Below, in pieces: positions 1 through 8,507 of a stretch of 36,948 nt of DNA. The first letter of the stretch is position 1. Every line of letters begins with the position of its first letter. The notes beneath the pieces are model-generated. The model searched no databases, had not been told where the DNA came from, and saw nothing but the letters and a program-made list of their open reading frames with translations. The position numbers and the translations under genes were made by a program. This stretch comes from a bacterium (lineage in GTDB: Bacteria > Zixibacteria > MSB-5A5 > GN15 > FEB-12): the NCBI GenBank assembly GCA_043811375.1, contig JBDRNJ010000005.1:1-36948 (forward strand). The letters run 5' to 3'.

Positions 1-24
1 AAACGGATTATGGAGGATTTACTG

Positions 25-1407
25 ATGAAATTTGTAAGAACAAAACATGTATGGGGCATTTTTTTCGGGTTATTCGCTATAGTTATCATTGCTGCGTCTC
101 CAAGCCCTGAGGCGCAGAATAAAGTTGTCTCCAGCTACGGCCCAACGAATCAAGATATGACTTTTGATCAGATTAAAGCCGCTAGAATGGCGGTCAAAGC
201 GGACCGTGCAAAGGAGCATTTGGATATGCTCAACAACCGTTATGATTTATCCAAGAACACCATCAATGATGTTACTATGTCAGGTGGTAAACCGATCCCA
301 ATGGGTCCGACTACCAAATTGCGGGGCGTGACCTGGGAGCAGCTTGGCAAGATGTCACCGAAGGAAATCATGGATCAAGGTGTTTTCCCGTACAAGCCTC
401 TCCCGTTTGCCGATCATGCGGAGGGTGGTATGCTCTTTCCTGAGATGATCACAAGAGAGCTTCCGCGGCTTACACGCTTTGACCTTGATTTTGATCTTCC
501 GGAACACTTTTTACCGGACCCAGTCCCAGGTATATTCTTGACAACACGCTCTGATCTTGGCGATGTCTCTCAAGGGAAACTCATAACTATCGATAATTAT
601 TATGAGATTTTTAACGGTCTTTTGAATCCAAAGCAACTTGAGGGTTTGCGTCTCCTTGTTACTCAATTTCCACAACAGCAATTCAACGCAACAGAGGACC
701 GTCGTACTGACAGGCCAAGTCTCGGAGTTACGTGTTTTGATTGCCACGCCAATGGACACACGAATGGCGCCAATCATCTTGTGGGAGATATCAGACCTCA
801 GGAGTTCAGAAATCGTATCGAAACTCCCACTCTGCGAGGTGTGAATATTCAGAGACTGTTTGGTTCGCAGAGAGCTCTCAAAACTGTTGAAGATTTCACC
901 GAATTTGAACAGAGAGCCGCTTATTTTGACGGCGATATATGTATGGCTGCTAAAAAAGGTGTTAATGTCCTTGAAAGAGGATCACAAGTGCACTTTATGG
1001 CAGAATTTCTAGCGATACTTGATTTTCCGCCAACACCAAAGCTCAACATCTACGGAGAATTGGATCAGAGCTTATCAAGCGCCGAAGAACTTCGCGGTGA
1101 GAAGCTCTTTAATGGTAAGGCAAGATGCAATTACTGCCATCCTGCACCATATTATACTGACAATAGTATGCATGATATGAAGGCCGAACGTTTCTACAAA
1201 AAAGAAATGGATAACGGTATGATGATGACATCTGATGGCAAAATAAAGACCTTCCCGCTTAGAGGCATAAAGGATTCTCCGCCTTATATGCATGATGGGC
1301 GATGTCTCACCTTAGAAGATGTCGTGGAGTACTTCAATCTCGTTCAACAGCTTGACTTATCTGCTCAAGAAAAGGAAGATCTTGTTGCATTTATGATGTG
1401 TTTGTAA
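25..1407 (+). CDS. Secreted diheme cytochrome c, cytochrome c peroxidase/MauG-like superfamily
   Basis: N-terminal signal/TM segment. Two CxxCH motifs (CFDCH, CNYCH). CCP-like motifs TPTLRG, RGEKLF and KTFPLRG..PYMHDG..TLEDVV. ATG at 25 follows GGAGGA (12-17); the ORF track starts at 10. Confidence 0.75.
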   Translation: MKFVRTKHVWGIFFGLFAIVIIAASPSPEAQNKVVSSYGPTNQDMTFDQIKAARMAVKADRAKEHLDMLNNRYDLSKNTINDVTMSGGKPIPMGPTTKLRGVTWEQLGKMSPKEIMDQGVFPYKPLPFADHAEGGMLFPEMITRELPRLTRFDLDFDLPEHFLPDPVPGIFLTTRSDLGDVSQGKLITIDNYYEIFNGLLNPKQLEGLRLLVTQFPQQQFNATEDRRTDRPSLGVTCFDCHANGHTNGANHLVGDIRPQEFRNRIETPTLRGVNIQRLFGSQRALKTVEDFTEFEQRAAYFDGDICMAAKKGVNVLERGSQVHFMAEFLAILDFPPTPKLNIYGELDQSLSSAEELRGEKLFNGKARCNYCHPAPYYTDNSMHDMKAERFYKKEMDNGMMMTSDGKIKTFPLRGIKDSPPYMHDGRCLTLEDVVEYFNLVQQLDLSAQEKEDLVAFMMCL

Positions 1408-1446
1408 CTCAAAATGAAGGTTTAAGAAACTTGAAAACAAATATGA

Positions 1447-2199
1447 AGGCCGGTGGTCCAGCGCCTACGAGCCATCAAGGCTGACCATCCGTTCTGGGGA
1501 TATCGTCGGGTGTGGGCGTATCTTCGGTATGTTGGCGGTCTGGTAGTGAACAAGAAGCGGGTGTACCGCCTGATGAAAGAGCATAACTTGACCGTCAGGC
1601 CGAATCAGAGACTCAAGGCCAAGCGGTTGTCTGACAGGCGGAAACCCCGCGCTGATCGTCCCAATCAGTGGTGGGGGATCGACATGACGAAAGTGATGAC
1701 TGATTCCGGCTGGGTTTATATTGTGATAGTTCTGGACTGGTACTCAAAGAAAGTGGTGGGACACTATGCCGGGACACGAGCAACTTCCGCCCACTGGTTG
1801 ACAGCCCTGGAGCAGGGGCTGAACCGTCAGTTTACCGACGGTGTTCGCGGTCACAAACTGCATCTGATGTCGGACAACGGCTCTCAGCCAACCACGCTGC
1901 GTTTCATGCGGGCTTGTTCGAGCTTGGGCGTTCACCAGGCATTCACGGCTTACAACAATCCGAAGGGGAACGCCGACACGGAACGGATGATGCGAACGAT
2001 GAAGGAGGAGCTATTGTGGTTGCGGGAGTGGTCGGGTGCGACCGAGTTGACAATGGAACTTGATCGATGGATTGAATATTACAACGAGAGTTACCTGCAT
2101 TCGGCTTTGGGTTATAGCCCGCCGAATCGGGCCGAAGAAACCTATAACCTCAGCTGCAAAACTCTCTTAAAATCGGCTTGACTAATGGGGGGCACTACA
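1447..2199 (+). mobile_element. Truncated IS3-family insertion sequence (orfB part and right end only)
   Basis: Abrupt AT-to-GC shift near 1447. The element ends in ...GGCTTGACTAATGGGGGGCACTACA (IS3-type CA terminus at 2199). No orfA or matching left IR is visible. Confidence 0.75.
1453..2181 (+). CDS. IS3-family transposase OrfB (DDE/rve core), probably N-terminally truncated
   Basis: WGYRRV...VNKKRVYRLM HTH region; W..D.T, SDNGSQ and ERMMRTMKEE catalytic motifs; YYN..YLHSALGYSPP tail. Confidence 0.9.
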   Translation: MVQRLRAIKADHPFWGYRRVWAYLRYVGGLVVNKKRVYRLMKEHNLTVRPNQRLKAKRLSDRRKPRADRPNQWWGIDMTKVMTDSGWVYIVIVLDWYSKKVVGHYAGTRATSAHWLTALEQGLNRQFTDGVRGHKLHLMSDNGSQPTTLRFMRACSSLGVHQAFTAYNNPKGNADTERMMRTMKEELLWLREWSGATELTMELDRWIEYYNESYLHSALGYSPPNRAEETYNLSCKTLLKSA

Positions 2200-2391
2200 G
2201 TATTAAACTCCTGCTGGATAAGCGGTTCATATCGATGATGCAGATAGAACCCGAAGGTCACAAAGGGAAAATATCTCAAATAAAAGAAAACAATAGAAAC
2301 TATTAGAAAATAAAATTTTGACCTTAGGGCTGGTGACCCGCAACAGGTTTTAACTTGTATTGGTTTGTAAGTGGTTGGGTGGCAATAAAAA

Positions 2392-2438
2392 TGGTAGCGG
2401 GGCTGGGATTTGAACCTGCGACCTTCGGGTTATGAGCC
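2392..2438 (-). repeat. 3' half of initiator tRNA-Met(CAT), att-site remnant 1
   Basis: Minus strand reads GGCTCATAACCCGAAGGTCGCAGGTTCAAATCCCAGCCCCGCTACCA: anticodon loop, T loop and CCA. No 5' half upstream and the T stem is mispaired. Confidence 0.85.
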
Positions 2439-2458
2439 TGTACAGAAGTCCAAACAGT

Positions 2459-2527
2459 AGAAAACACCAGACACTAATAGGCAATAACAGCAACATCTTA
2501 GCTTGAGCCTTTTGTCTGGTGTTTTCT
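2459..2527. repeat. Perfect 15-bp inverted repeat flanking an IHF-like site
   Basis: AGAAAACACCAGACA (2459-2473) and TGTCTGGTGTTTTCT (2513-2527), with AGCAACATCTTA between them. Confidence 0.7.
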
Positions 2528-2712
2528 GTTATTTTATACTGTTTTGGCTAATTATGTTAGAAAAATGTTAGAAAGAGGTGTATGTTAACAGGGAAACAAC
2601 ACTCCATGATTAAGGGAGCATTTCATAACTTTCGATTGGATTATACATGCCAGGTTAAACATGAAGAGGAATAAAAATGGATTTAGTCCCCAAGATTGAG
2701 TTTCTATTTTTA

Positions 2713-3393
2713 TTACTTGGAATTTTTGTTGCCCGACCTTCTGATCATTCCTTCGGTAAGCGCAAAACTGGCTATCTCCAGCCGCGTACGAAGCGCCAGT
2801 TTTTCCAGTATATTGTGAACGTGGCTTTTGACGGTATGAACTGCAATATTGAGTTCTTTGGCGATTTCCTTGTTGCTCATTCCCCTCGAAATAAGATCGA
2901 TTATATCACTTTCGCGTTTCGTCAACTTAACCGCATTCATCATCCGGTCAGCTTTCCCACTATGGACGGCGCACTCCACAATTTGAGAGAATAGCGACCC
3001 AGTTAAGGATGGTGGCAGGACTTTCTTCCCATTAGCAACCGTTCTGATTGTATCCAAAAAATCATCAAGCGTAGCGTCTTTGAGAATGAACCCGGAAACA
3101 CCCGCCTTGACAAATTCGACAACTTCTTCCTGGCCCGGAATAAGGTCCATTACCACTATTTCCGTTTTCGAATATTTTTTCTTTATATTTTCCGCAACTC
3201 GCAGGCTGTTCTGATACCTTAGGCCCAAATCAAGCAGAACAACCTGGGGCTTGATTTTCTTTGCTTTTTCCAAGGCGTCACCATTGCCCACCATTGATAC
3301 TGCTCGGATATCCGGTTGGTCATTAAGCATAGCCGTGATACCTTCGCGCAAAAGGCGATTGTCTTCTATCAAAAGTACGCGAATCTTCGGCAC
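2713..3393 (-). CDS. NarL/LuxR-family response regulator
   Basis: REC domain (VLLIEDN, VVLLD, GFILK) plus LuxR HTH (LTKRE..GMSNKEIA..TVKSHVHNILEKL). GTG start after AGGAGA. Confidence 0.92.
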   Translation of the reverse strand: MPKIRVLLIEDNRLLREGITAMLNDQPDIRAVSMVGNGDALEKAKKIKPQVVLLDLGLRYQNSLRVAENIKKKYSKTEIVVMDLIPGQEEVVEFVKAGVSGFILKDATLDDFLDTIRTVANGKKVLPPSLTGSLFSQIVECAVHSGKADRMMNAVKLTKRESDIIDLISRGMSNKEIAKELNIAVHTVKSHVHNILEKLALRTRLEIASFALTEGMIRRSGNKNSK

Positions 3394-3948
3394 TTATTTC
3401 TCCTTGGGTATGGCCAATTAATCATTAATTAATAAAAAATCGACATTTGGATGTCAAGGAAAAACAATAGCGTTGAATCTGGAAGAAGATACTCTGCAAC
3501 CACTTCACCAATATCCGGCAACACTATTTCCCTCAATTATATTATCAAAAGAGATAAATCCAGGTGTGCACGCTACATTAAATTGTATGTAAAATCAGGA
3601 TGGATAGATTTTCTTATGCTGACCATGAAAATGTGCTGAACAAGTGTTTCGCTTCGATTCTATTTCTCATTTGGATCCATTGGTTGGGACCCATTACAAA
3701 CATAATCTATCCATCGCAGGGACTAGAGCCAAAACCAATCTCTTGGCCGATTGACATTTGTAACCTATAGGAACTACTTACAAATGTGGAAAATCGATCT
3801 GTGCGATGGCAACGGGAGGTGATGTTATGCCCAATGAACGGCTCGCTATCAAATTGCACGGAGTACGACACAAGAATAATTCGTCCACGGTCTTGGGTCA
3901 GTAAGAGAATCGGAATCACATTATAACCTTAAACAAGGAGAATGTATC

Positions 3949-4194
3949 ATGATGAACATCAAGAAACGTTCTGAGAGGCAGGAAGAATTCGCGAGCAAGA
4001 AGATTGAGAAATCGATTAGGAATGCCGGCGTCGACGAAAAAACGGCACGAAGCATCTCCGAAGGCGTCAAGCACAGAGAAGGAATGAAAACCTCGGAGGT
4101 GCGCAAGCACGTCATTGAGAAGCTATCGCATCATGACGCGAAACTTGGCAAAGCCTATGAGGCTTACAAAAAGCCCAATCCTGCCAAGAAGTAA
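3949..4194 (+). CDS. Standalone ATP-cone domain protein
   Basis: IKKRSERQEEFASKKIEKSIRNAG matches the ATP-cone pattern (V.KR.G..E.F...KI..SI..A); AAGGAG RBS. Confidence 0.75.
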   Translation: MMNIKKRSERQEEFASKKIEKSIRNAGVDEKTARSISEGVKHREGMKTSEVRKHVIEKLSHHDAKLGKAYEAYKKPNPAKK

Positions 4195-4867
4195 AGGATC
4201 GTTGGGGCGATAGGCCTGAAAGGAAATGGAAAACCCTTCGGGCCGACTCGATTCTGACCGTGTATCGATTATATGTTGGCAGATGCCTAGGATAGGAATA
4301 AGTTATCCCGCTTCGGAATTGGTTAGACCACACTCCCAACAGCTCGGAAGAAGATGCCGGCGATTCAGACGAACGTCATAACGAAAGACCATATGTCTGT
4401 GACTGAATATGCTGAAAATTTGGGAGGCCTCTGGTCAGTAGTTTTGGCAGGAGGAGTAAGGTGCACGGATGCGCGCTTGGATTAAAACTGCATTCGGTAT
4501 CTTGGATCCCAAGCAATTCTGCGTTCTGCACAGCAAACGGTCAATGTTCCAGTTGACACTGGATCGGGCTCGACAAATCGCACCGGATGGCAATAGGGAG
4601 TTGATGAGCCTGAGATCATTTGCTCAAAACTAAATATGACTTGATAATAATCGCCGCTTGAAATTGTTTCGTGGATTTTTGTTAGAATATAGTTAGAAAA
4701 TTAGGTATTCGAGTTTTTGCCAGATATTGTGCGACAACCCAAGTCGTTAGTTTTCATCTTCATAGATTTATAAATCAGATAGTAATTAAGTCTCTTGACC
4801 TTCGGGTAAAAACCTTGATAGATTTTTATTCTGTGGCACTCGTAACTTGTTGTGATGTAGTTATTTT

Positions 4868-4915
4868 TGGTGGCGGGGGAGGGATTTGAACCCCTGACCT
4901 TCGGGTTATGAGCCC
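4868..4915 (-). repeat. 3' half of initiator tRNA-Met(CAT), att-site remnant 2
   Basis: Minus strand reads GGGCTCATAACCCGAAGGTCAGGGGTTCAAATCCCTCCCCCGCCACCA. A hairpin, not a tRNA 5' half, lies upstream. Confidence 0.85.
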
Positions 4916-4918
4916 CAA

Positions 4919-4945
4919 GGTCAGGAGGTGGTAAACCTCCTGACC
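4919..4945 (-). terminator. Hairpin after the M14 peptidase gene
   Basis: Perfect 11-bp stem GGTCAGGAGGT/ACCTCCTGACC with a 5-nt loop, 13 nt past the stop. No U tract. Confidence 0.55.
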
Positions 4946-4958
4946 AAGTATGCAAGCT

Positions 4959-7823
4959 TTACTGCCCGTATGGTTCGAAACCGCTGGTGAAACCGGGACC
5001 GTACAGGATGGCGTTGACAAACATCTTGCGAGTGCCCCAGAAATAGGCTCGCGTGTAGGGATCGGTGGCAAACATAATGATCTGGCCACGACCCTTTGAT
5101 TCCCGCGTCAGATAAGCACTACCGACCCAGCGACGACGTGCTTCCGGCCACAACAGCCCACCCAGACGTAGATTGTTTTCTTCGGGGCTGAAGCGCGCCA
5201 CCGTCTTGACCGGCGGCGCCGACAGTAAGGCGTGGCGCGAGTAGACCATCACCGGCACCCGGCCGTTCCTGGTGCCGAAAGCCAGCCAGTCTTCGCTGTC
5301 GATAACTGCCCGCATGATGACGCCCCGGGGATGGAACCGCTGCTCCCAGCGGTCAAGCTCCTCGGCTTCCTTGCCGCCGTTTTTCTTGGGCGGCCCGTCA
5401 TCTTTCTTGTCTTCCGGCTTGTCATCTTTCTTTTCCTCGACGGCAACAACCTGATCGGGATGCCAGAGATCCATGGTATCGACGTCCGGCGCTTCAGCCG
5501 CCAGTTCGCGCTTCATTTTGCGGCGGTACATGTCGAGTTTGTCCAGCGACTGACGTGTCAGGCGTACGTCGGAGAGGGAGTTGGATGAATCAGCCGCCCA
5601 CGTTGCCGAGTTCCCGGTGAGTACCAGCGTGCCGCCATCGCTTACCCACTCATCCAACATTTTCGCTCCCTGTTTACCCAGCATGTTGCGCAGGGACGGC
5701 CCCCACGCCGACGGCAGGATGAGAACGTTGTACTCCGACAGGTCCGTCCACGACAGTCGTGACGCCGGTATCAGCGAGTGCGGCACCTCCAGTTCCCGGT
5801 CGATAGTAAACCAGATTGTACCGACCGATGAGAAGTTTATTCCATCGCCGGTCACCAGCGCAATGCGCGGCTGTTTCAACAGGTGGAAAGTTGAGGCGCC
5901 CAGGTCGGAACCTTCGGTGGCCAGACCGGTATTGATGCCGTAGATGCTGACACTTTCCTTTTCGGCCAGAGTTGCCAACAGCGTGGGAAGCTCCTCCGGA
6001 TTGCCCCTTTTGCGCAGCAGCAGCGACCCGGCCTTAAATGACCGACCTTCGACAGTGAACGGTTTCTCAGCGGCAAACACCGTCAACTCGTGCCCAAAGA
6101 TACGATTGAGCAACCGGTAGGTCTTGTCACCTTCCATATCGACCACAAAGCCAAACTGCGCTTCCGGATTTATCAGTTGCCCGCTCGACAGCGTCACACT
6201 CGTCACCGGCTCGGTCGCCGCGTTGAACTTCGAGGTCGTCAGATAAGCATCCATGTCATAGGCCAGCGACGTCGACCAGGCACTGACTTCGTACATGCGG
6301 GTGTCACCGTGTTTTTCCAGTTCACGCCGTTCTTCCTGGAGGAATTCCAGCTTCAGGTGGGGATCAAAGTCCAGCACGGCTTTGGCCAGAGCTCCGTTGG
6401 GTTGCGCCGTGCTTACGATGTAGGTTCCGGCCGGGAACTTGTGCGACTGATATTCTTCATGGTATATGTCGGTAGCCTTGCCGACAATAAACTCCCCGGT
6501 GGCGCGCTGCACCTCGATACCCTGATTGATCAGAGACTCAATGAATTTCTTCGTCTTCAGTTCGTCACCATCGGGCACGAACAGAAACTGCAAACCGGTG
6601 CGGCGACCGTTCACTACAATATACATGCGGGCATCGTGGAAATCTTTCAGTAATTCACAACGGTGGTCGGCAGCCGTGAACAGGTTCGTAATCGAAGAAG
6701 TGAACTGATGGTTGACCGCTTCGTGAAACGTCAGCAGGTAACCGTCGCGTTGACGAACGATGGTGCCGTCCACACCGGCCTGTTCATAGAGGATACCTAC
6801 CGCACCGAAAAATGTCGGCCAGGCCGAGGTATAGCCGGGATACCATTGCTCGTTCCATTCCCGGGAATAGTATGGCCAGCCCCGTTTATCATAGGCGGCC
6901 GCCTGATCTTCGCGGAAAGTATTCCACCATTTGAGCACGTTGGAGGGCGTATTGTAATTGATCGGCTCCCGAGGTGGCGAAAACAGGTAAGTAGCGTTGG
7001 AACCCATTTCGTGGGCGTCTACGGCCAGTATCGGATTGTATTTCTGCATGGTGGCCAGCTTGCTGACCGTTTCGATCTGCGTCACCAGAATGCAGTCGCG
7101 GTTTAGATCAAACAGGTAATGGTTGGTGCGCCCCCACGGCCAGACACCGCTGTGTTGCAGGGCATTGGCGTCGTAGTTGGGTACGTGGCCGGCGTTGGTT
7201 TGCAACATGTGCACATAACGCTCGCGACCATCAGGGTTCTCCAGCGGGTCGACGATGACGATCATATTGTCCAGCAGGTGCAGCGTAGCCGAATCATTGG
7301 CCGCCGCCAGATGATAGACCAGTTGTACGGCGGCATCGGTTCCGGAGAGTTCATCGCCATGAATATTGTGACCTATCCAGGCGAAGGCCCTCTGCGTTTC
7401 AATAGCAGTCACAAGTTCCGAGAGTGACTTGATAGCGTCCGGGTCGGCGAGCTTGTCCATCGCCAGGCGGTGCTGTTCGAGGTTGGCGATATCCTCCGCC
7501 GACGAGACAAAAACATTAAACATGTCACGGTCTTCATACGACTGCCCGCGCACCTCCAGCTTCACCCGCGGTGACCGCTCGGCAACAGCTTTGAGATATG
7601 CCGTCAACTCATGGTAGCGCAGTGGCCACTGGCCCAGGGGGTGTTTGAGGTATTCGTTGGGATGGGGCACTGACTGATCGTACCGGCCGTTTTCGTAAAA
7701 CGGCATTGTATCTACTTCCACGTTCTCCGAATATGACGGGTGCACCGCCGCCGCTGTCGGAGCGATACCCAGCGACATCACAGCAGCAAACAGGATTGAC
7801 AGGGATACTGCTTTGATAGACAT
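4959..7823 (-). CDS. Secreted M14-family zinc carboxypeptidase with a C-terminal GATase-like fold
   Basis: Signal peptide; IHGDE (HxxE), NPDGRER, GRTNHYLFDLNRD and DAHEM motifs; C-terminal WVSDGGTLV and GRGQIIMF segments. Confidence 0.88.
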   Translation of the reverse strand: MSIKAVSLSILFAAVMSLGIAPTAAAVHPSYSENVEVDTMPFYENGRYDQSVPHPNEYLKHPLGQWPLRYHELTAYLKAVAERSPRVKLEVRGQSYEDRDMFNVFVSSAEDIANLEQHRLAMDKLADPDAIKSLSELVTAIETQRAFAWIGHNIHGDELSGTDAAVQLVYHLAAANDSATLHLLDNMIVIVDPLENPDGRERYVHMLQTNAGHVPNYDANALQHSGVWPWGRTNHYLFDLNRDCILVTQIETVSKLATMQKYNPILAVDAHEMGSNATYLFSPPREPINYNTPSNVLKWWNTFREDQAAAYDKRGWPYYSREWNEQWYPGYTSAWPTFFGAVGILYEQAGVDGTIVRQRDGYLLTFHEAVNHQFTSSITNLFTAADHRCELLKDFHDARMYIVVNGRRTGLQFLFVPDGDELKTKKFIESLINQGIEVQRATGEFIVGKATDIYHEEYQSHKFPAGTYIVSTAQPNGALAKAVLDFDPHLKLEFLQEERRELEKHGDTRMYEVSAWSTSLAYDMDAYLTTSKFNAATEPVTSVTLSSGQLINPEAQFGFVVDMEGDKTYRLLNRIFGHELTVFAAEKPFTVEGRSFKAGSLLLRKRGNPEELPTLLATLAEKESVSIYGINTGLATEGSDLGASTFHLLKQPRIALVTGDGINFSSVGTIWFTIDRELEVPHSLIPASRLSWTDLSEYNVLILPSAWGPSLRNMLGKQGAKMLDEWVSDGGTLVLTGNSATWAADSSNSLSDVRLTRQSLDKLDMYRRKMKRELAAEAPDVDTMDLWHPDQVVAVEEKKDDKPEDKKDDGPPKKNGGKEAEELDRWEQRFHPRGVIMRAVIDSEDWLAFGTRNGRVPVMVYSRHALLSAPPVKTVARFSPEENNLRLGGLLWPEARRRWVGSAYLTRESKGRGQIIMFATDPYTRAYFWGTRKMFVNAILYGPGFTSGFEPYGQ

Positions 7824-8036
7824 AATTCAACCTTTCAGGATAGGGGTTCAGCTTGTCGAGTCAAGAAACGGCGTGAGCAGGGGGTTGTAAAGGGGAAAGG
7901 CGCGGCGGTGAATATTATTCTGAAAATGAAGGTGGTCCTGATGTTCGGCAATTGCTCGTCTCCCGTTAATTAATTTCATTTAAATAACCCCTACTGAGAT
8001 GAGTATATATAGCAAGAAGTGTAACCGGGAGTTGCT

Positions 8037-8261
8037 ATGTCAGAGCATGTCTATTATATCATTGTCGCTGCAATCTTAGCAGGTTTGATACCACTGGTAC
8101 CGCGGATGATCTGTCTGAGAATCAGGGTCCTGCGCTGGCTGCGTTGGACCGGTATCGCTGACTGGCACCAGAGAAATTTCAAACCATTGGTGATTATCGT
8201 CAGGGTCATCATGCTGACTATCGCTGTGGTTATGCTGGTGCTTGGCATCACCGGAGGGTAG
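8037..8261 (+). CDS. Small two-TM membrane protein, unknown function
   Basis: GGGGAG RBS; two hydrophobic segments separated by a basic loop. Confidence 0.6.
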   Translation: MSEHVYYIIVAAILAGLIPLVPRMICLRIRVLRWLRWTGIADWHQRNFKPLVIIVRVIMLTIAVVMLVLGITGG

Positions 8262-8338
8262 CTGTTGCAGGCTAACCACGGGAGCTATGTTCTCTACGGC
8301 CGCATATTCTCAACGACTTTCCGTTAATCACGAACATT

Positions 8339-8393
8339 AAAAAGGCCTCCTTGCCGCTGAAATGTTTCACTATCTCAGATAGCGGCAGGAGGC
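8339..8393 (-). terminator. Probable terminator of the oxidoreductase operon
   Basis: GCCTCCTGCCGCT...AGCGGCAAGGAGGC stem followed by TTTTT on the minus strand. Confidence 0.55.
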
Positions 8394-8507
8394 TCAATTA
8401 AGGAGAAGAATAACCGGAAGTTTGTCAGGCCGATTCAGTTATCAGGATCGGCCAGCCGACTTTCAGTGTTGAGTCCAAAAACCGGTTTCCGGCTATTGTT
8501 TTTTTGG

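Noticed and set aside
4200..4860. Gene or ncRNA in the spacer after the ATP-cone gene
   Set aside because: Only an imperfect hairpin (about 4213-4244) and short motif-less ORFs; nothing supportable.
2392..4915. Functional, split or permuted tRNA-Met genes
   Set aside because: No 5' half or D arm was found in the window and the T stems are imperfect; att remnants explain them better.
4959..7823. M14 peptidase as the glutamate supplier of the oxidoreductase operon
   Set aside because: It is separated by a terminator and an oppositely oriented gene, and nothing in the sequence indicates its specificity.
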